Shown in pieces: positions 9,464 to 19,832 of a stretch of DNA of 32,000 nt. The DNA lies in NCBI RefSeq assembly GCF_000091665.1, contig NC_000909.1, positions 353,581 to 385,580 of the forward strand, given 5' to 3'. The notes beneath the pieces were generated by a model that did not search any database, was not told where the DNA came from, and saw nothing but the letters and a program-made list of their open reading frames with translations. How positions within the stretch are numbered: the first letter of the stretch is position 1; every line of letters begins with the position of its first letter. The stretch is from Methanocaldococcus jannaschii DSM 2661. GTDB lineage: Archaea > AGJL01 > Methanococci > Methanococcales > Methanocaldococcaceae. Position numbers and translations under genes: made by a program.

Positions 9464-9519
9464 ATTATCACCTCATATTTTCTAATCATTTTTTTCTAAT
9501 AATACACATATGTGTAAAA

Positions 9520-9540
9520 ATATAAAAACTTTTCGGTTTT
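9520..9540 (-). promoter_or_regulatory. probable BRE/TATA promoter for the 9463-8934 pair
   Basis: Reverse strand reads AAAACCGAAAAGTTTTTATATTTT, close to the archaeal BRE-TATA consensus, ~60-75 bp upstream of the 9463 start codon. Confidence 0.65.
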
Positions 9541-9641
9541 GTGCATTATAGTGTCATATACATACACAAATAACTATATAAAGAATAAATGACAATTTTA
9601 AATTAGGTTTAATGTTTTAAACAATTTATTAGAGGGGTATT

Positions 9642-10505
9642 ATGAATAAAATTAGGTATCCAGCAGTTGCAGGATTATTTTATCCTTCACATCCTGATGA
9701 ACTCATAGATATGATTGAGCAGTGCTATTTACACAAATTTGGACCAAAGTCAATGCCAGTTCATGGAACTTATGAAAAACCTATAGGTTTGCTCTGTCCT
9801 CATGCTGGCTATGTTTATTCAGGACCTATACAAGCCCACTCTTATTATGAGTTATCAAAGAGAGTTGATGCCCTTGAAGAAACAACTGTTGTTATTTTAG
9901 GGCCCAATCATACTGGGTTAGGTTCAGGAGTTAGTGTAATGGACGGAATTTGGAGAACTCCTTTGGGAGATGTGAAGTGTGATGAAGAATTTGTTGAGGA
10001 GCTTTGGAGGAAATGTGAGATAGTTGATTTAGATGAAACTGCCCATCTAAATGAACATTCTATTGAGGTCCAATTACCATTCTTAAAGCATTTAGAGCTG
10101 TTAAATATTGCTAAATTTAAAATAGTCCCAATATGTATGATGTTTCAAGATTATGAGACAGCTGTAGAAGTTGGTTATTTCATAGCTAAAATTGCTAAGG
10201 AATTGAACAGAAGAATTGTTGTAATTGCTTCCTCCGATTTAACTCACTATGAACCACAGGAAATTGCTTCAAAAAAGGATGCAATTGTTATTAAAGATAT
10301 TTTAGAGATGAATGAAAAAGAATTGTATGAGGATGTTGTAAATTACAACATCTCAATGTGCGGATATGGGCCAGTAATAGCTATGTTAAAAGCCATGAAG
10401 ACCTTAGGAGCTGAAAAAGCTAAATTATTGGCTTATGCGACATCTGGAGATATAACTGGAGATTATTCAGCAGTTGTTGGTTACGCATCAGCAATTGTTG
10501 AGTAA
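9642..10505 (+). CDS. MEMO1 family protein
   Basis: 287 aa; [48 protein letters not shown]. Confidence 0.93.
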   Translation: MNKIRYPAVAGLFYPSHPDELIDMIEQCYLHKFGPKSMPVHGTYEKPIGLLCPHAGYVYSGPIQAHSYYELSKRVDALEETTVVILGPNHTGLGSGVSVMDGIWRTPLGDVKCDEEFVEELWRKCEIVDLDETAHLNEHSIEVQLPFLKHLELLNIAKFKIVPICMMFQDYETAVEVGYFIAKIAKELNRRIVVIASSDLTHYEPQEIASKKDAIVIKDILEMNEKELYEDVVNYNISMCGYGPVIAMLKAMKTLGAEKAKLLAYATSGDITGDYSAVVGYASAIVE

Positions 10506-10546
10506 ATTTCTATAAAATAAAAAAATAATAAATTTATTTATTATTT

Positions 10547-10753
10547 TTAAATCTTCCCTTCTAAAACAAGCTTTGCAAATGTTTCAAAACTCCTGTCATA
10601 AGTTTTTTCTACATCATCTGGAAAACAGCATGCTGGCAACTGTCTATTTTTTAAATGGTAATGTAAGCATTCACAACACATTCCTTTTTTAGAACAAGCT
10701 GGGTAACTACAGTTGCATCTTTTTAAGTTGATTTCTTTATTTGGACATTCCAT
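10547..10753 (-). CDS. small cysteine-rich protein (DUF6485-like)
   Basis: 68 aa with clustered Cys ([31 protein letters not shown]...ACCFP). Confidence 0.7.
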   Translation of the reverse strand: MECPNKEINLKRCNCSYPACSKKGMCCECLHYHLKNRQLPACCFPDDVEKTYDRSFETFAKLVLEGKI

Positions 10754-10768
10754 CTTATCACCAAATTT

Positions 10769-11221
10769 TTAATTTTCTTGATTTTCTTCTAAGCTCTTTA
10801 AGAAGTTTGCTATCTTATTAACTAAAATTTCCGCCTCTTCTTCATTTGTTGGATATTTAACTCTTAATATTGGGATATTTTTCCTTCTAACTAAATATAG
10901 AGTTAGTTCATTTGTTCTTTGGCAGCCAATACATCCAAAGGCTATTGGTGCATCATCCATTATTATCGCTGCCTCTGCCTCTTCAATTAATGGCCCAATT
11001 AAAGCCATCCTTCCTCTAACACCAGAAGGAACTTCCACAGCCGCATACTTCAAACCTTTCTTAGGCTCTTCGTCTGTTATATTCATTGGTGGGCTGTCTA
11101 TTTCAGGATTTCTGACTAATTTTCCTATAACTATATTCAAGTTTAAAGGCTTGTGTCCAAATCTCTCAACCAAATCTGTTAGAATTAAGCTATTTGGTGG
11201 GTATATGAATATTTTTTTCAT
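10769..11221 (-). CDS. conserved methanogen protein, possibly a methanogenesis-marker family (5/6 type)
   Basis: 150 aa conserved-looking ORF linked to another methanogen-type small protein; family assignment recalled, not verified. Confidence 0.55.
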   Translation of the reverse strand: MKKIFIYPPNSLILTDLVERFGHKPLNLNIVIGKLVRNPEIDSPPMNITDEEPKKGLKYAAVEVPSGVRGRMALIGPLIEEAEAAIIMDDAPIAFGCIGCQRTNELTLYLVRRKNIPILRVKYPTNEEEAEILVNKIANFLKSLEENQEN

Positions 11222-11269
11222 TCTATCACCTTAAAAGTTTATTTTACAAGCATAAAAGGGATATAATTA

Positions 11270-11299
11270 TTATTTTGGAAATGCATCTTCTGGTAAAAA
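11270..11299. repeat. direct repeat copy 1 (30 bp), orphan copy of the neighbouring gene's 3' end
   Basis: ttattttggaaatgcatcttctggtaaaaa, identical to 11416-11445. Confidence 0.9.
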
Positions 11300-11310
11300 C
11301 TTATACAAGC

Positions 11311-11329
11311 ATAGGAGGATACCTCCTAT
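11311..11329. repeat. perfect 8-bp stem inverted repeat
   Basis: ATAGGAGG-ATA-CCTCCTAT. Confidence 0.85.
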
Positions 11330-11350
11330 TGCTATACCACACGTCCATCA

Positions 11351-11374
11351 AGTTGGGGCTTTTCAGCCCCAATT
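11351..11374. repeat. 10-bp stem hairpin with 4-nt loop (one G.T pair)
   Basis: AGTTGGGGCT-TTTC-AGCCCCAATT. Confidence 0.85.
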
Positions 11375-11415
11375 AATGTCCAATATTTTTGCGAAGTATT
11401 AATAATTAACATTTT

Positions 11416-11445
11416 TTATTTTGGAAATGCATCTTCTGGTAAAAA
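11416..11445. repeat. direct repeat copy 2 (30 bp), the 3' end of the 11416-11811 gene
   Basis: Identical to 11270-11299; encodes ...FLPEDAFPK* on the minus strand. Confidence 0.9.
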
Positions 11446-11811
11446 TTTGTATAATTCAGGTCTTCTTGAAATAGCCACAATATCTTCAAATATTCCAGCT
11501 GTTATATCAACTACACCAATAGCTCCTAAAACATTATCTCCATCTTTTATTGGAGCCACTATAACAGGAAGTCCTGCATAAGGGCCTATAATAGGTGTAG
11601 CTCTAACAACTTCACCTTTTTCAATAGCTACTTTTAAAACATAACCTTCGTAATTCGTATCTACAACCTCCCCTTTTTCCAACCTAACTCCAGGCTTGTT
11701 TTTGCTTCTCATAGCAACAGGGAGTTTATTAACCAATATATGGACAGCCTGAGCAATAGGCATTAATTCCTTTGCTTCAGAATTTTCAGATATGGTTATC
11801 ATAATTTTCAC
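11416..11811 (-). CDS. conserved methanogen protein (DUF2111/methanogenesis-marker-like)
   Basis: 131 aa; adjacent to the 10769-11221 ORF; family name recalled only. Confidence 0.6.
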   Translation of the reverse strand: MKIMITISENSEAKELMPIAQAVHILVNKLPVAMRSKNKPGVRLEKGEVVDTNYEGYVLKVAIEKGEVVRATPIIGPYAGLPVIVAPIKDGDNVLGAIGVVDITAGIFEDIVAISRRPELYKFLPEDAFPK

Positions 11812-11965
11812 CTAAAAATCTTTAAGTAGTAGTTCAATAATTTTAACTTTAAAGTTACTCTATATAAACAATTTTTGCTAATCTACTATATAAAGGGTTC
11901 AAACAGTTATTGTTCTAATACTTAATGTTCAATTTATTCAAATCATTAAGTTATTCTTAAAAATT

Positions 11966-12874
11966 TTGGGTGGTAAAATGGAGAAGATTACATGTGTAGG
12001 GCATACTGCCCTTGATTATATCTTCAATGTAGAAAAATTTCCAGAACCGAATACTTCAATTCAAATTCCTTCGGCGAGAAAGTATTATGGTGGAGCAGCG
12101 GCAAATACAGCAGTGGGAATAAAAAAACTTGGTGTTAATTCAGAGCTTTTATCATGTGTTGGCTATGATTTTAAAAATAGTGGATATGAGAGGTATTTAA
12201 AGAATTTGGATATAAATATTTCTAAACTTTACTATTCTGAAGAAGAAGAAACACCAAAGGCATGGATATTTACAGACAAGGATAACAATCAGATAACTTT
12301 CTTTTTATGGGGAGCTGCTAAGCATTATAAGGAACTAAACCCACCAAACTTCAATACAGAAATTGTCCATATAGCCACTGGAGACCCAGAGTTCAACTTA
12401 AAATGTGCAAAAAAAGCTTATGGAAACAATTTGGTCTCTTTCGACCCCGGACAGGACTTACCTCAATACTCAAAAGAAATGTTGTTGGAAATTATTGAGC
12501 ATACAAACTTTTTATTTATGAATAAACATGAATTTGAGAGAGCATCTAATTTATTAAATTTTGAAATTGATGATTATTTAGAGAGGGTTGATGCCCTTAT
12601 AGTAACAAAAGGTTCTAAGGGTAGTGTAATATACACTAAAGATAAAAAAATAGAAATTCCTTGTATTAAAGCAGGGAAAGTTATAGACCCAACAGGTGCT
12701 GGAGACAGCTATAGAGCTGGATTTTTATCTGCCTATGTCAAAGGGTATGATTTAGAGAAATGTGGTTTAATTGGTGCTGCAACTGCCTCATTTGTTGTTG
12801 AGGCAAAGGGATGCCAAACTAATTTACCAACATGGGATAAGGTTGTTGAGAGATTAGAAAAACACCGAATATAA
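11966..12874 (+). CDS. PfkB/ribokinase-family nucleoside kinase; likely start at the ATG at 11978 (MEKITCVGHTALDYIFN...)
   Basis: YYGGAAANTAVGIKKLG and the DPTGAGDSYRAGF anion-hole/catalytic motif. Confidence 0.92.
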   Translation: MGGKMEKITCVGHTALDYIFNVEKFPEPNTSIQIPSARKYYGGAAANTAVGIKKLGVNSELLSCVGYDFKNSGYERYLKNLDINISKLYYSEEEETPKAWIFTDKDNNQITFFLWGAAKHYKELNPPNFNTEIVHIATGDPEFNLKCAKKAYGNNLVSFDPGQDLPQYSKEMLLEIIEHTNFLFMNKHEFERASNLLNFEIDDYLERVDALIVTKGSKGSVIYTKDKKIEIPCIKAGKVIDPTGAGDSYRAGFLSAYVKGYDLEKCGLIGAATASFVVEAKGCQTNLPTWDKVVERLEKHRI

Positions 12875-12892
12875 AATATAATTTTTTGAGGG

Positions 12893-13816
12893 ATGTCTAT
12901 GGATATAGTAGAAAGAATAAACAAATTAAAAGAAGAAAAAAATGCAGTAATATTGGCTCACAATTATCAACCAAAGGAGATACAGAAAATAGCTGATTTT
13001 CTTGGAGATTCATTAGAGTTGTGTATAAAGGCAAAAGAAACAGATGCTGACATAATAGTATTTTGTGGAGTAGATTTTATGGGAGAGTCAGCAAAAATTT
13101 TGAATCCAGAGAAAAAAGTTTTGATGCCAGAGATTGAAGGAACCCAATGCCCAATGGCTCACCAACTACCCCCAGAGATTATAAAGAAGTATAGAGAGCT
13201 TTATCCAGAGGCTCCATTGGTTGTTTATGTGAATACAACAGCAGAGACAAAAGCATTAGCTGATATTACATGCACATCAGCAAATGCAGATAGAGTAGTT
13301 AATTCCTTGGATGCTGATACAGTTTTATTTGGTCCGGATAACAACTTAGCTTATTATGTGCAAAAAAGAACTGATAAAAAAGTTATAGCTATTCCTGAAG
13401 GGGGAGGTTGTTATGTGCATAAAAAATTCACAATAGATGATTTAAAGAGAGTTAAAAGCAAATATCCAAATGCTAAAGTTTTAATTCATCCAGAATGTAG
13501 TCCAGAATTGCAAGATAATGCTGATTACATAGCAAGCACAAGTGGAATATTGAGGATTGTTTTAGAGTCAGATGATGAAGAGTTTATAATTGGCACTGAA
13601 GTTGGAATGATAAATAGATTGGAGATAGAGCTTGAAAAATTGGGTAAAAAGAAAACCTTAATTCCATTGAGGAAAGATGCTATTTGCCACGAGATGAAAA
13701 GAATAACATTGGAGAAGATAGAAAAATGTTTATTAGAGGAGAGATATGAAATTAAATTAGAGAAAGAGATTATTGAAAAAGCTCAAAAAGCTATTGAAAG
13801 AATGCTTAGAATTTAG
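12893..13816 (+). CDS. nadA: quinolinate synthase A; start may be at 12899 (MDIVERIN...)
   Basis: AVILAHNYQPKEIQKIADFLGDS, PEGGGCYVHKKFT, HPECSPELQDNADYIASTSGI. Confidence 0.95.
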   Translation: MSMDIVERINKLKEEKNAVILAHNYQPKEIQKIADFLGDSLELCIKAKETDADIIVFCGVDFMGESAKILNPEKKVLMPEIEGTQCPMAHQLPPEIIKKYRELYPEAPLVVYVNTTAETKALADITCTSANADRVVNSLDADTVLFGPDNNLAYYVQKRTDKKVIAIPEGGGCYVHKKFTIDDLKRVKSKYPNAKVLIHPECSPELQDNADYIASTSGILRIVLESDDEEFIIGTEVGMINRLEIELEKLGKKKTLIPLRKDAICHEMKRITLEKIEKCLLEERYEIKLEKEIIEKAQKAIERMLRI

Positions 13817-13920
13817 TGTCTTTCAAAAAATAAAAATTTATTAATGAACTTTTGAACGCCTTCCAAAGGAAGACGTTCGTTAGTGCAAATGGTTATCCAA
13901 GAAGTTTTGAAAGACACTAA
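13813..13920. repeat. 108-bp intergenic element with perfect 16-bp terminal inverted repeats
   Basis: TTAGTGTCTTTCAAAA (13813-13828) and TTTTGAAAGACACTAA (13905-13920), enclosing an inner hairpin GAACGCCTTC-caaag-GAAGACGTTC. Confidence 0.85.
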
Positions 13921-13934
13921 TAAATAGTGATATT

Positions 13935-14300
13935 ATGAGAGTAGAAGAAACAGAAGTTTTTAAAAAATATTTTAAAAATCTAACGGATAGAGAGAGGGCA
14001 GTGTTTGAAGGGGGGATTACCTTAGGAGCTTTATTTCACCAATTTGTAGGCACTCCAGTAAGTAAATACAATAAGGAATCTTTAGAAAGAGCTATAGAGG
14101 AAGCTATGAAAAATCAGCCATGTGTATATGATATAAAGGTAAAAATTAGAAATGTTGGGGAAAAATATGTCTCTTTAGATGGAAAGATGTTAGATGTCGA
14201 TTTAAAAATTAAAATAAATAAAACAGTTGCTCATTTAAAACTTGAATATATCCCAGAAATTGACTATCCTCTAATGTATGTCAAAAAGTTTGAGGAATAA
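13935..14300 (+). CDS. mptD: archaeal dihydroneopterin aldolase (MptD family, DUF381)
   Basis: 121 aa; GGITLGALFHQFVGTPVSKYN and LKLEYIPEIDYPLMYV. Confidence 0.85.
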   Translation: MRVEETEVFKKYFKNLTDRERAVFEGGITLGALFHQFVGTPVSKYNKESLERAIEEAMKNQPCVYDIKVKIRNVGEKYVSLDGKMLDVDLKIKINKTVAHLKLEYIPEIDYPLMYVKKFEE

Positions 14301-14362
14301 ATATTTATTTTAAAGACTTAATAATTATCTTATATTAGATAAAGGATATTGAGGTGGAGTAA

Positions 14363-16474
14363 ATGAAAAAACTTATTTTCGTAGTTTTGTTACTTGCAGT
14401 AATTAGCTATACTTACCCCTCAAATTTAGATTATAAATATACAAGCTCAATTCCAATAGAATTTGTTAAACTATCTGAAATTAAGAATGTTGATGAACTC
14501 AATAGATTGTTAAACTCCAATGCTTTAGTTATCTTCTGTCTTGATAGTAATAACATAAATAAAGATATCTTATACCATCTTGGAATAAAAAGATATAACC
14601 CATCAGAAATCCCTGATTATGGAAATTATTCTTATGTTAGTATAAACGGGGTTATTGTAGTTTATCCAAAGTATAGTGTTTATGAGGAAAATGGAGCTTT
14701 AATATATAACCCACCAAAGGAAGAAAACTATAGTAAATATGAGTTTGTAAGACCATATAAAATTAAGGTTCCAAATGTTTCAAAAATTCCTGACTATGGT
14801 GGATATGTATTAATAGAAAACTCAACCTTTATTCTCTATCCAAAAAAATACATCATTAGAGGAGATGAAGGGGGAATATACTATATTCCTCCAAAAAACA
14901 GTTCTGATAACTATTATTATAAATACTCTTACAACCTTCCAGAAAAATGCATCCCCGATTATTACGATTATGTGTTTATTGATAATAACGGCATTTTCAT
15001 AATATATCCAAAAAAGTATGTTGTTAGGAGTAATGATGGGGTTTTAGTATTTAGCCCTCCAGTGGATGCTAAAGAAGCCCCAATTTATAAAATTGATTAT
15101 AAGAAAATAGATGAGGGTGTCTATGAAATTAAAAAGAATAAGCTTCTCTTTCTGTATCCTACAACTCTAAACAACAAATCAACTCTTGATATTATTGGAG
15201 AATATATAGCCAAAAATGGAGGGGTTTTTGCATACATAAACAAAGTTCCACCGTATTATAAGCATATGCTTGCTACGGGGGTAGCTATAGATAAAGTAAT
15301 TCCAGATGAAAGTGGAAGTTATGCTATAGATGTTGCAGGAAGGAAGATTAAAGTTGATGTGTTGGATGATGAGATAATAAACAATAAATTAAAATGTATA
15401 AAAGCATTAAAAGCTTTAGGAATAAATGTAAGTTACATAGTGACTGGTAGTGAAGGTATTGATATTGTTGAAAAATCTAATGTAGATACAGATGAACTTG
15501 AGGATTTATACAATTATTATTGGTTTAAAAAATGGTGGCAGAATTATACTCATCTCTACTTCAATCCTTCACAATTAAAAAATATTGAATTTAATGGTTT
15601 TGAAGACATATTGGCTTTAAGCTATTATCCTCTAATTTATGTGGATAAAGCACCAGAAACATTTAGAAATGACCCTATTGGCGGTTATTATCCAAAGGTT
15701 ATAAGTTATAAAGGAACAAAAAATTATGGATATTGGGAAGAAGGGGCTAAAAGTGAAAATGTTTATTATCATTTAGATGAAGGCGAGCCATATTGGGATG
15801 GAAAAGCTAATGAGCCATCGAAATGGTATTATGAAGGGCAGCCAGTTTCAATGGAAAATGATAGTGAAATGTGGAATAGATATGAATATTTCAATCACTG
15901 GTTTGTTAAAAATTATGCTTATGCATTAGCAAATGGCTGTGATGGCTTATTCTTAGAAAGTTCAGACAAAAACTTAATAGATGCAATTTTTGGAAATGAT
16001 AATGAAAACCTAAGTTGGAAATTAGATATAAAAAATAAAGTTGATTATGTGGTAATTCCAGGAAACAAAGGATTTGAAGTTATTAATGGAATCCCTGTCA
16101 TCAGAATTCCATCTCCTTTAAAAGAAGTTTATGGAGCAAATGTTATTAATACTCTCTATATTCCACCAAAAGATGAAGACTTCGGAATCTATATTTCAGA
16201 TATTAGAAACTATAATACAAACTTGGTTGTTGAATTAAAAGAGAATGGAACTGATATAGTGTCATTCAAAGACTTAGCTGATTGGCTTAATAAGTATTAT
16301 AGAAACAATATCTTCTATAATGGAACTGCTATAAAGATATGGGACAACAGAGGGATAAAAATCACCATCTTTAAAAAGAACTTTGGTATGGGTAACTATA
16401 CCTTTGAGGAGTTTGATAAAGAACATTGTAAATATGTGATAGTAAATCCACCTAAAATAATTCCACTTAAATAA
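14363..16474 (+). CDS. secreted protein with threefold N-terminal repeat and TIM-barrel glycosidase-like C-terminal region (possibly GH114/TM1410-like)
   Basis: Signal peptide [18 protein letters not shown]; repeated IPDYxxYvxI...YPKkyvv...yyxPP units; later [12 protein letters not shown] segment. Confidence 0.6.
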
Positions 16475-16490
16475 AATTTTTGGTGATATT

Positions 16491-17285
16491 ATGAAAATAG
16501 GATTTTACAATATTCAGGGAGGTACTGGAAAAACTACTGTTGCTGCAAATTTTGCATACATACTTAGTCAGTCAGTAAAAACAATATTGATTGATTGTGA
16601 TATATATGGAGGAACGACTGCAGTGTTATTTGGTCTTGAAGATAAGGAACATAACCTAAATACTTACCTTGCAGGGGATTCTGCAATTGAGGATATAATA
16701 TATCATTATGATGATTTGGCTATTATCCATACTGACGTCTCTTCTAAGGTTTTTGGATATAAATCTGACTTAAATAGATTTGAAACCTTAGTCAAAGAAT
16801 TAGAAGAAGAATACGATGTCATAATTTATGATTTTCCACCAAACATTACTGAAGACAACCCATTGATAGGTTATGTTGGTGAGTTTGAACTCGTCAATAA
16901 GGTAGTTGTAGTTGGTGAGGATAGTATCCCATCAATTGTAAATTCCCTGAAAACTATAGAACTTATAACAGATTTGGGTATAGGACTTACAGGGATAATT
17001 GTGAATAAATATAGAGGGCTTACCGATATTAGTGAGATAATAGATGATGTTATTGGAGTTCTACCCTACGACCAAAATGTAGAAAGGCAGTGGGTAGAAA
17101 GCACACCAATAGTAAAAATTAAAACAAAATTCACAAAGGAGATGACTGCATTAGCTAATGAAATCGCGAGTATCTATTTAGAGAAGGATTTAGCATCATT
17201 AAGAGCCTTAAGATTAGCAAAAGCTATTTCAGAACTAACTGAAGTAGAAAAATCTGAAAAGGACTTTGAAGATTATTTAGAATAA
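16491..17285 (+). CDS. ParA/MinD-family P-loop ATPase with variant deviant Walker A
   Basis: [26 protein letters not shown]; [14 protein letters not shown]; downstream [10 protein letters not shown]. Confidence 0.88.
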   Translation: MKIGFYNIQGGTGKTTVAANFAYILSQSVKTILIDCDIYGGTTAVLFGLEDKEHNLNTYLAGDSAIEDIIYHYDDLAIIHTDVSSKVFGYKSDLNRFETLVKELEEEYDVIIYDFPPNITEDNPLIGYVGEFELVNKVVVVGEDSIPSIVNSLKTIELITDLGIGLTGIIVNKYRGLTDISEIIDDVIGVLPYDQNVERQWVESTPIVKIKTKFTKEMTALANEIASIYLEKDLASLRALRLAKAISELTEVEKSEKDFEDYLE

Positions 17286-17326
17286 GAAATATAATAAAAA
17301 GTAAGTATAATAAAAATAGGGATAGG

Positions 17327-18145
17327 ATGCTAACAAAGAGAATTATTCCATGCTTAGATATTAAAGACGGAAGAGTTGTTAAAGGAACTAAGTTTTTGAA
17401 TTTGAGGGATGCTGGAGACCCAGTTGAGTTAGCCCAATACTATGATGATGAAGGAGCTGATGAGCTTGTATTTTTAGATATAACCGCCTCAGCTGAAAAG
17501 AGGGACATAATTATTGATGTTGTAGAGAGAACAGCTGAAAAAGTATTTATCCCATTAACTGTTGGTGGAGGAATTAAGTCAATTGAAGATTTTAGGAGAA
17601 TACTGAGAGCCGGGGCTGATAAAGTTTCGATAAACACTGCCGCAGTAAAAAATCCAAATTTAATTAAAGAGGCAAGTGAGATATTTGGCTCTCAATGTGT
17701 TGTTGTTGCAATTGATGCTAAAAGACACTATGTTAATGAAGATGAGATAGATAAGATAAATAAAAATGTCGTTAAAGTAGAGGATGGTTATTGCTGGTTT
17801 GAAGTTTATATATACGGAGGGAGAAAAGAAACAGGTATAGATGCCATAAACTGGGCTAAAAAAGTTGAAGAATTGGGAGCTGGAGAGATTTTATTGACAA
17901 GTATTGATAAAGATGGGACAAAAAGTGGCTATGATTTGATATTGACAAAGGAGATTTCTAAAAGTGTTAAACTCCCTGTTATTGCAAGTGGAGGTTGTGG
18001 AAAACCAGAACATGTTTATGAGGCATTTGTTTATGGAAAGGCAGATGCCGCATTAATGGCAGGGATATTGCACTATAGAGAATATACAATAGAAGAGATA
18101 AAAAAATACTGTGCTGATAGAGGAATACCTATGAGATTATTATAA
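17327..18145 (+). CDS. hisF: imidazole glycerol phosphate synthase cyclase subunit
   Basis: [50 protein letters not shown]. Confidence 0.97.
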   Translation: MLTKRIIPCLDIKDGRVVKGTKFLNLRDAGDPVELAQYYDDEGADELVFLDITASAEKRDIIIDVVERTAEKVFIPLTVGGGIKSIEDFRRILRAGADKVSINTAAVKNPNLIKEASEIFGSQCVVVAIDAKRHYVNEDEIDKINKNVVKVEDGYCWFEVYIYGGRKETGIDAINWAKKVEELGAGEILLTSIDKDGTKSGYDLILTKEISKSVKLPVIASGGCGKPEHVYEAFVYGKADAALMAGILHYREYTIEEIKKYCADRGIPMRLL

Positions 18146-18166
18146 ACTTATAAACCTTTTTTATTT

Positions 18167-18970
18167 TTATTTTAGAGATTTTAAGACCTCATCTTTCAAT
18201 ATGTTTAGTATTTTCTTTCTATATTCAAGGAATTCTATACTTGTTCTATCTCTTGGTCTTTCCAAATCAATTTTTACAATCTCTTTTATTCTTCCAGGTC
18301 TTGCAGTTAAAACAACAACTCTATCTGAAAGATAAACTGCCTCATCAACGCTATGGGTGACGAAAAACACTGTTTTTTTCTCCTTTTGCCATATTTTTAA
18401 TAATTCATTCTGTAAAATATTCCTTGTTTGGGCATCTAATGCAGCAAACGGCTCATCCATTAAAACAATCTCTGGGTCGTTTGCTAAAGTTCTTGCTATA
18501 GCCACCCTCTGTTGCATCCCTCCACTTAATTGATAAGGATAGGCATCTTCAAATCCTTCCAATCCAACCATTTTAATAAATTTTTTAGCAATCTCTATTC
18601 TTTCATTTTTTGGGATACCTTTTAACTCTAAGCCAAATGTAACATTTTTTAAAACAGTTCTCCATGGCATTAGCGTATATTGTTGAAATACAACTCCTCT
18701 ATCAGCTCCAGGGCCTTTAACTTCTTTCCCATCTAATAAAACTTTTCCTTCAGTTGGATAATCTAAACCAGCTATAATTCTTAATAATGTTGTTTTTCCA
18801 CAACCACTTGGCCCCATAACTGTTAAAAATTCATTCTCATAAACCTCTAAATTAATATTATCTAATGCTTTAACTCTATTCCCATTAAATTCAAAAATTT
18901 TTGTTAGATTTTCCACTTTTAGCTTTACCTTCATCCTATCCCTTTTTTTTACTTCATCATCTTTCTCCAA
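18167..18970 (-). CDS. ABC transporter ATP-binding protein (nitrate/sulfonate/taurine type)
   Basis: Walker [10 protein letters not shown], signature [32 protein letters not shown]. Confidence 0.95.
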   Translation of the reverse strand: MEKDDEVKKRDRMKVKLKVENLTKIFEFNGNRVKALDNINLEVYENEFLTVMGPSGCGKTTLLRIIAGLDYPTEGKVLLDGKEVKGPGADRGVVFQQYTLMPWRTVLKNVTFGLELKGIPKNERIEIAKKFIKMVGLEGFEDAYPYQLSGGMQQRVAIARTLANDPEIVLMDEPFAALDAQTRNILQNELLKIWQKEKKTVFFVTHSVDEAVYLSDRVVVLTARPGRIKEIVKIDLERPRDRTSIEFLEYRKKILNILKDEVLKSLK

Positions 18971-19752
18971 ACAAAGTATTTATCTTCAATATATCTCAGT
19001 CCTCTATCTAACACAAGCCCAATCAATCCGATAATTATCATACAGGCAATAACAACGTCCATTCTACTTAATGAATAGGCATACATAATTAGGTATCCTA
19101 AACCAGCATTACTTGATGGTAGCATCTCAGCAGCGACAACACACATCCATGCTATACCTGCTCCAACTCTCAGCCCAGTTAAAATACTTGGGGATGATGC
19201 GGGGATAACAACCTTTATTAAGATATCTCTTCCTTTAGCTCCTAATGTTAAAGCTGCCTCAATTAATGGAGTAGGGACTCCTTTAACTCCCGATATTGTG
19301 TTTATTAATATTGGGAAGAATGCTCCAATGAATATGATAAATATCATTGACATCTCTCCTAATCCAAACCATGCCAATGATAGAGGAACCCAAGCTAATG
19401 GTGGAATTGGTCTTAACAGTTCTATTAATGTGTCACATAAGCTATTTACTGTTCTATAGTAGCCCATCAATATTCCTAAGGGTATTGCTACAGCTGAAGC
19501 TAATAAAAAACCACTTATGACTCTCTTTATACTAATTATTGTATTATCTATCAAACTCCCAGTTCCTAAAATTCCTTGAAATGGATGAATTAAAACATTA
19601 ATAACTGCTTCAACCCTTGGGAGTATGACAGGGTTATTTATATATATTGCCAACAATTCCCAAATAACTACAGCCAAAGCTGGAAGGGATATTTTCAACA
19701 CTAATTCTTTTGTATTTATTTTCACACTAATCCCCTTTTTATGGTTCATCAC
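18949..19752 (-). CDS. ABC transporter permease (nitrate/sulfonate/taurine type, BPD_transp_1)
   Basis: ~6 TM; [41 protein letters not shown] loop; overlaps the ATPase gene. Confidence 0.93.
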   Translation of the reverse strand: MMNHKKGISVKINTKELVLKISLPALAVVIWELLAIYINNPVILPRVEAVINVLIHPFQGILGTGSLIDNTIISIKRVISGFLLASAVAIPLGILMGYYRTVNSLCDTLIELLRPIPPLAWVPLSLAWFGLGEMSMIFIIFIGAFFPILINTISGVKGVPTPLIEAALTLGAKGRDILIKVVIPASSPSILTGLRVGAGIAWMCVVAAEMLPSSNAGLGYLIMYAYSLSRMDVVIACMIIIGLIGLVLDRGLRYIEDKYFVWRKMMK

Positions 19753-19832
19753 CTTTTATTAAATATCAATATAATTTGTTATCTTTTAAAATTAATAAAA
19801 CTTTAAAAGCATTATGAGGTATTTAAATTTTG

